The notes beneath the pieces are model-generated. The model saw only the letters and a program-made list of their open reading frames with translations. It was not told the origin of the DNA and made no database searches. From positions 1-64,000 of the forward strand of contig JAHLWZ010000455.1 in the NCBI GenBank assembly GCA_020536535.1: a stretch of 64,000 bases of DNA. The letters are read 5' to 3'. A program made the position numbers and the translations under genes. Each line of letters begins with the position of its first letter. Position 1 is the stretch's first letter. Of this stretch, positions 58,381 to 64,000 are shown one piece after another. This stretch comes from Pelomyxa schiedti (lineage: Eukaryota > Protista > Evosea).

Positions 58381-61300
58381 TTAATCCATGTCCATCTTCT
58401 GAGTTGGTTTTGGGGATGGTGAAGAAGCTGGGGGAGGTGTTTGGGTGGTGTTTGATGATGTTGGTGGGGGTGTATTTTGAGGAGGGGGTGATTGGGAAGT
58501 TGGTGGTGTTGTTGCTGGCTTCTCTTCTGGTTTGGGTGTTGATGGGGGTGCTGGCTTGGACTTGCTCATAATTGGGTGGCATTGGTTGAACAACTCCTGA
58601 ATGTGGGAATGAGTGGAAGTGTTGAGTGTGGGGTGGGACTACAAACCTGCTTTTTGTTGTTGATCATTGACATGGTAAGTGAGGGCGCCTCATGAAGTTG
58701 GAGTGGTTTTTGTTTGGCAACTTCCATGTCAATCCACTTGCGGACTTCATCACAGTTTGCTACTACCTTGTCTCGATCCTCTTTCCCAATGTGGGAGTAC
58801 TTTTCATCCTAGATTTAGGGTAATGTTGTTTTGTTGTGGAGGTAGTGAAAAACATACAACAGACGCAGCCATCTCCCGGAATTTGGCCAAAGTACCCTCA
58901 AGCAGTGCCAAAGCATTAGGCCTACCTTCAGCTTCCAGCTTGTTTCTTTCCACTGGGTCTCCTATAGCCTGGTATCATGGTTAAAGGAAGCACCTATTAG
59001 CACTACTTAGCACCTTTAGTTGCTTCAATTTCTCCACGAAGACACTCTTTGTGGGTGGCTCATCAAATGAATAAAGCCAGTCATTCACTTCGTCCAACAT
59101 TTGAGAGAAATTCCTTGACTCTGCAGGAAGAATGTACTTGACTAGACTGTTTGATAATTTCTCTCGCATTGAGTAAGTATAGCTTTCGAGAGCATTTTTA
59201 GCTTCGGCAGTTTCCAATACTAGCTTATCTGCTGCAGCCATTACACCTTCGTCTTGGGCAAATTTCTGGAGAGAGTGAGAATCACTGTGGTAGAAGCAGA
59301 GTACCTGAATGAGTGATGTTGGCATTGCTGAAGTTTCTGCAACTAAACGCAATATCTTTCTGTGAGTCCTTTTCCTCACTTCAGTTCGTTTCTTTGGGGG
59401 TGCTGGTGCCTAGACTGTATGTGAGTTTTGATTTGAGAAACAACAAATTAACAGTGGGTGTTGCTGCAGCATCAGTCTGCATTGGTTCAGTCTGGTTGGC
59501 GGGGGAATCATTTGATGCTGGTGGGGTAGCTGGAGTTGCTTCCTTATTTGCTGCAGCTTCCTTTTTGGCGGGAGCCTTGGGTGGCTCTGGTTTTTCTTCA
59601 ATTTCGACTGTTTCTTCAGTAACTTCTTCCATAACACCTGGGAAAGTAAATATAAACGTCTGTCCAAAAAAAAAGTACCTTCTTCAACATTGAAGATTGA
59701 ATGTATATTTAGGGCCGCCCTTATTTTGAGGTCGGGTGTTTTCCCAGATATTGTCGGGGGGATTTCCGGGAATATAAATTTACCTTGATCAATGAGAACA
59801 ACTTGAAGACTTTGTCATAATTACCTATTTCCCTTACTGTGCCAGGTGGGAGGTTCTCTCCCTCTTCATAAAGGGCTGTAAACATGATGGGAGTGCTTCG
59901 GGCAAAAGAAATCATTTTTGGAGCTGGGATAACAGTCCCTTTGGGAATGATCACAGCAGAGCTGTTGTGGTGAATTGATTAGGTCTTTTGCTATAGAAGG
60001 GAAACTTACTCTTGGTCCTCCATTCCTGTGCCTCCTGGCGTGTATGTATTCCACACAATCTTAACAGGGAACCATGTTGAATCTTCAGCTTTATAATCCC
60101 TGACCCGGAAAGCAGGATGAAGCATAGCACACTGAAGAGCTGCGCCTCGGGCAACACTCTCCTCGTTGTTAATAGATCTTGGCCAGTTGAAAAGGAAAAA
60201 AAAAAGAAAAACCGGGTCTTACTTGCATATGATATCGTTCTTCCCAAAGAGCTTGCAGATTGTCTGGTGCACTGAAGACAGTCGTGAACCTCCACCAGTA
60301 ACTTCCACAGAGCAGATGGCATCGGGAGTAAGACCTTTTAAATATGAAAATGCAGACTACTATTGAATATCACGACTACCTGCAGCAGCCAGAGTGGAAG
60401 TAATCAAGGCTGCAAATTTAGCCTGAATAGGCTCAATAAGTTGCTCAAAGGTTTCTCTGAGGACTCTTTAGACCGAAATGGTAAAATGTAGCTGTACCTA
60501 GTGAAAGGAATATTCAAATCTTGATCGTTGGCGAGGTTTTCAATAGAGAGAATCGCTTTTGGGTTGCCTGAACTAATAACTCTCTTGTGGTGGTTATTTG
60601 ACATCAAGTTGAATGGGGCTATACTTTGACTTGCTTTTCACAGGCTGCCAATAGACGCTGCCAAGCACGTGGATTATTCCTGAGGTTCCCAAACTTTGGG
60701 ATGCAATCCTTGGCCACTTGCTCAGCCACTACTTCATCAAAACTGCGCCCACCAAGCAGTGGGTCAAACTCAGCAGCAACAACCTTGTGCCATTGAGTGA
60801 GTCAGTACACATGAGTAGGGGTACCTTGAATCCAGCTTTGGTGAAGAATATCACTGATACCGAAGTTGCACTATGGCCCATATCAACCAAGAGACATTTT
60901 TTAGTCTCTTCTTTTTCAATATCTTGTCGATAGAAACCAGAGAAAAGAGCAGCTTGAAAAAAAGGGTTGAGTTCAATAGTCATTTTAGCATTAAAGTGAA
61001 AGGAACACACTGGCAGAGTGCTCGTTGATAAGTTTGAGAACATTTAAATCTGCAATCTCAGCAGCATCGAGCAGTGCTCGTCGTTGTCTATCGGTCCAGA
61101 ACCCAGGAACGCTGATCACAACATCCTTTACCTTGGTGCCAATTGACTTCTCTGTAGTTGTCTTGAGTTTCCCTAAAAGCATCGCTACAACTTGCTCTGG
61201 AGTGAAAACAGTGTCCGGGTTGTTGTTATAGTTCACAACAATGCCAATATCTTCTTCTTCAACAGGAGGAAGAATTGATGAAACAATGGACGTTGATGAA

Positions 61301-61764
61301 GTTGCCTGGCGTGGTACAACACGGAATGGTAGTCGAGGAATTTCGGCTTGTACAATAGGGTCGTTAAATTTGCGCCCCAGCAGTCTCTTAACCCCTATGA
61401 CTGTATTTCGAACATTCCTTAAAAACTACTCGATATTAGCATACTTCAGGCTAGGGGAAATAAATGAAATTATTTTTGAGACTATTAATTATGATCTTTT
61501 ATTGGTTTTTTCCCATATATTTTATGTATATATGTAAAAAGAAAAAACCATGGTAGCGCCAGTTTCGCCAATGGCTCTTTCCTTTTCCGTGAATGACACC
61601 ATGCATCTATGACAGGTGAGCAGGGGAAAAAACCAATTTAAAATTATCGATAATACATACGGGGTCTGAGCATTAAAGGCCTCATTCTCAATGATGTCGA
61701 TGCCTCCCTTTTGTGCTACCGCAATGACCAAGTTTTGGTTCCCAAAATCGAATCCCACAGACAT
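58381..61764 (-). CDS. HSP110: Hsp110/Sse1-type Hsp70-family nucleotide exchange factor
   Basis: MSVGFDFGNQNLVIAVAQKGGIDIIENEAFNAQTP; VVISVPGFWTDRQRRALLDAAEIADL; VDMGHS; AKNALESYTYSMR; C-terminal MDMD*. Confidence 0.93.
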
Positions 61765-62063
61765 TGGTTTTGAGTATGAGTGTACTTTTTGGTTTTGTGC
61801 TTCCCTCCTGTAGGTCGCTGGCTTGTTGACCACGATGAGATTGATGAAAAAGAAACCCTTTCTTCGCTTTTTTTTCGTTTTGGAGGAATTGCTGATTGTT
61901 CTCCGAGTTGGTTCCGAGGCTTGATCGCCTCTCAGGTTCTCAAAGTTCCTCTGTTTCACACTGGTTCCGTTTCTCTTGATGAGCATGGGAGTTGCAGAAT
62001 CTCGAAAACTCCAGTATCTCTTGTATCTGCAGACCATAGCCAGATCAAGCGGCACTGCGACAA

Positions 62064-64000
62064 ATGAGAGTGAAGACACTGTTGGTGACGTGGCACGACC
62101 GGCAGGCTGTGTGGTCTGTTGACTTTTCTCGTGTGGCAAACATTATGGCAACTTCGGGCGCCGATAATTGCGTGAGGGTGAGTTTTTATCCTTGACAAAC
62201 TTTGGGTCATTTTTAAGTTTGTCTTTTTTCCTTCTCTTTCTTTTTCCCCCTAGTTGTGGCAATTCGACAGAGAAAGTTTGACAGTAACATATTTATGCTC
62301 GTTGGGGAGGCACGTGAGGTCTGTTAATGTGATAAGATTTTCGAATAATGGTATAGGTCTCTTTACCTTAGTATTGTATGGTTTAATTTTTTTTCCTCAG
62401 GCACATATCTTGCTTCAGCTGGTGATGGTGCGTTTTTTGTTGGGCTTGTAACACAAGAAACAACGAACTCATCAATAATCTTAGATGGATTTATCTTTAT
62501 CTGGAAAAAAGATGAGCAGTGGTCCCCTCCTGCCGATTCAGAGGACAAGGAGTGTTGGAAAACTATTGCTAGCTTTCAGTACCTTCCACTATCTCGATTA
62601 TCATGCCTCCAGTTAATCCAATCCAGAGCTGCATCAGCGGAATTTTATGATGTAAGTTGGTCTCCAGATTCGCAGTTTATTGCCGCAGGTGCCACGGACA
62701 ATGCTGTGTATATTGGGGGACTGAAACCTAACAGATGGGTGGATATGAAAAGAGATCATACTCACTTTGTCCAAGGAGTAGCCTGGGATCCTCAAAATCT
62801 GTATGGCCCTATCTTGAGTGATGTTTGACGGCATATTAATAATAGATGTTAATAGTTATTCAAAATGCAAATTCACTCTAAAGGTTATTGGCCTCCTTAG
62901 GGAATGACAAGACATGCAGAATTTACTCAAGGAATGGCACTACTCATAAGCACCACTTTACCTTAAAAAAGAACATATCTTCCCGTGGAATAGCAAGATC
63001 ATCTGTGGTCAGTCACAGTACCTCTCAGTATAAGTAACGGTTTCTTAGATCACCCAAGCTGTAACTCAAGAAAATAAGCCAAGTAAGTCAGATCCTAACA
63101 CTGTGGAACACTCTCCTCCCCCTGTCCCTCAAATCGAAGCCAACATCGTCCAATTACTTCCAAGCAGCGAAGGATCTGCAAGCGGGAAATCTACCACAAC
63201 AGAAAAATCCCTTGCAGAAGCTCAACCCATAAATTTACCCACAAATCCACCCAGCACTGCGTCTACAACAGCTTCGTCTGCTCCTTCAGGTTTGGAGGAT
63301 AAAAGTGACTCCAAATACCGGCAAGCTTTATTTGCTGATGAGTCTGTAATTCTATCGTACGCATTCTTTTAATGCAGCACTCAACTGAGACCATTTTTCC
63401 AAGGTTCTTTCGTCGTCTTTCTTGGTCACCAGATGGAAAATTGCTGTGCACACCTTCAGCTGTATATATGGACATTCAAGGAGCCACGCCTTCATTTTCC
63501 ACTTACTTGTTTTCTCGGACTTCTTTGAAGTAACTCCTCTTTGATAAGGACTCTTACTCACTTTTTTAAGACCCCTTTTTCATTACCCCTCACCTCAATT
63601 TCCTTCACTCGTTAGCCGCTTCAACCCGAGGTTTTTTTCTAAAATAGGTTTCTTACTAACAGTGTGTAATGAATTTATTACAAAACTTACCTTCAATGCA
63701 GAGAACCCGTATATCCCAATACACCAGTACCGCATGATATTTGCCATAGCTTCCAGAAAAGCTGTATCTATTTTTGATACTGCGCACCCACACCCACTAG
63801 CTGTGGTTGAGAACTTACACTATGCTGATATAACTGATCTGTCATGGTGCTTACACAGTTTCACCTATTCAAGTCAGTACATAACGCTAAACAAGAATCA
63901 GGTCTCGTGATGGTTATACACTGGCCATCTCTTCAGCCGACGGATTCTGCAGCTTGATTGATTTCACTGTTGAGGACTTAGGAACTTTACTCCCTGAGTC
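62064..64000 (+). CDS. CHAF1B: Chromatin assembly factor 1 p60 subunit (WD40), truncated at window end
   Basis: MRVKTLLVTWHDRQAVWSVDFS...SGADNCVR; LGRHVRSVNVIRFS; YDVSWSPD; HTHFVQGVAWDP; YRMIFAIAS; NLHYADITDLSW; LAISSADGFCS. Confidence 0.92.

Noticed and set aside
61940-62015. Heat-shock-element-like nGAAn arrays upstream of Hsp110
   Set aside because: At least two mismatches to a three-unit HSE; not distinguishable from background.
1-64000. Mobile elements, CRISPR arrays, rRNA and other snRNAs (U2, U4, U5, U6)
   Set aside because: No transposase/RT motifs, terminal repeats, spacer arrays or diagnostic RNA motifs seen by eye; an Infernal scan would be needed to exclude them fully.

Overview
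Gene-dense, intron-rich eukaryotic genomic DNA with short GT-AG introns (mostly ~35-110 nt), very short intergenic spaces and one 100-N scaffold gap. Gene content and a CCCATAA element ~60 nt upstream of snRNA genes suggest an amoebozoan, possibly an archamoeba such as Pelomyxa (inference only). Recognisable genes: tRNA-Ala(TGC), GBF1-type Sec7 GEF, GB1/RHD3-type GTPase, VPS33, VTA1, S10 carboxypeptidase, COG1, a membrane sensor-type cNMP phosphodiesterase, an F-box protein, AI-2E transporter, rhomboid, RPB12, GH31 glycosidase, FHA-kinase, two divergent PPP phosphatases, DeSI/PPPDE peptidase, a RING E3, Hsp110 and CAF-1 p60 (truncated at the window end). The top finding is a divergently transcribed pair of U1 snRNA genes (34088-34542) sharing a bidirectional promoter with two inverted CCCATAATA elements. 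One copy has the canonical 5' end (AUACUUACCUG). The other is a fully folded but highly diverged variant (AUACAUACCUG) that is complementary to GUAUGU donors, which occur in this window. Also notable: a Rho-like/Kelch/F-box/Hint(Vint) fusion, a GBF1 whose catalytic Glu finger is Asp, and a Vps33 with an NPF-motif tail. Spans of multi-exon genes were assembled by eye, so several starts are approximate.
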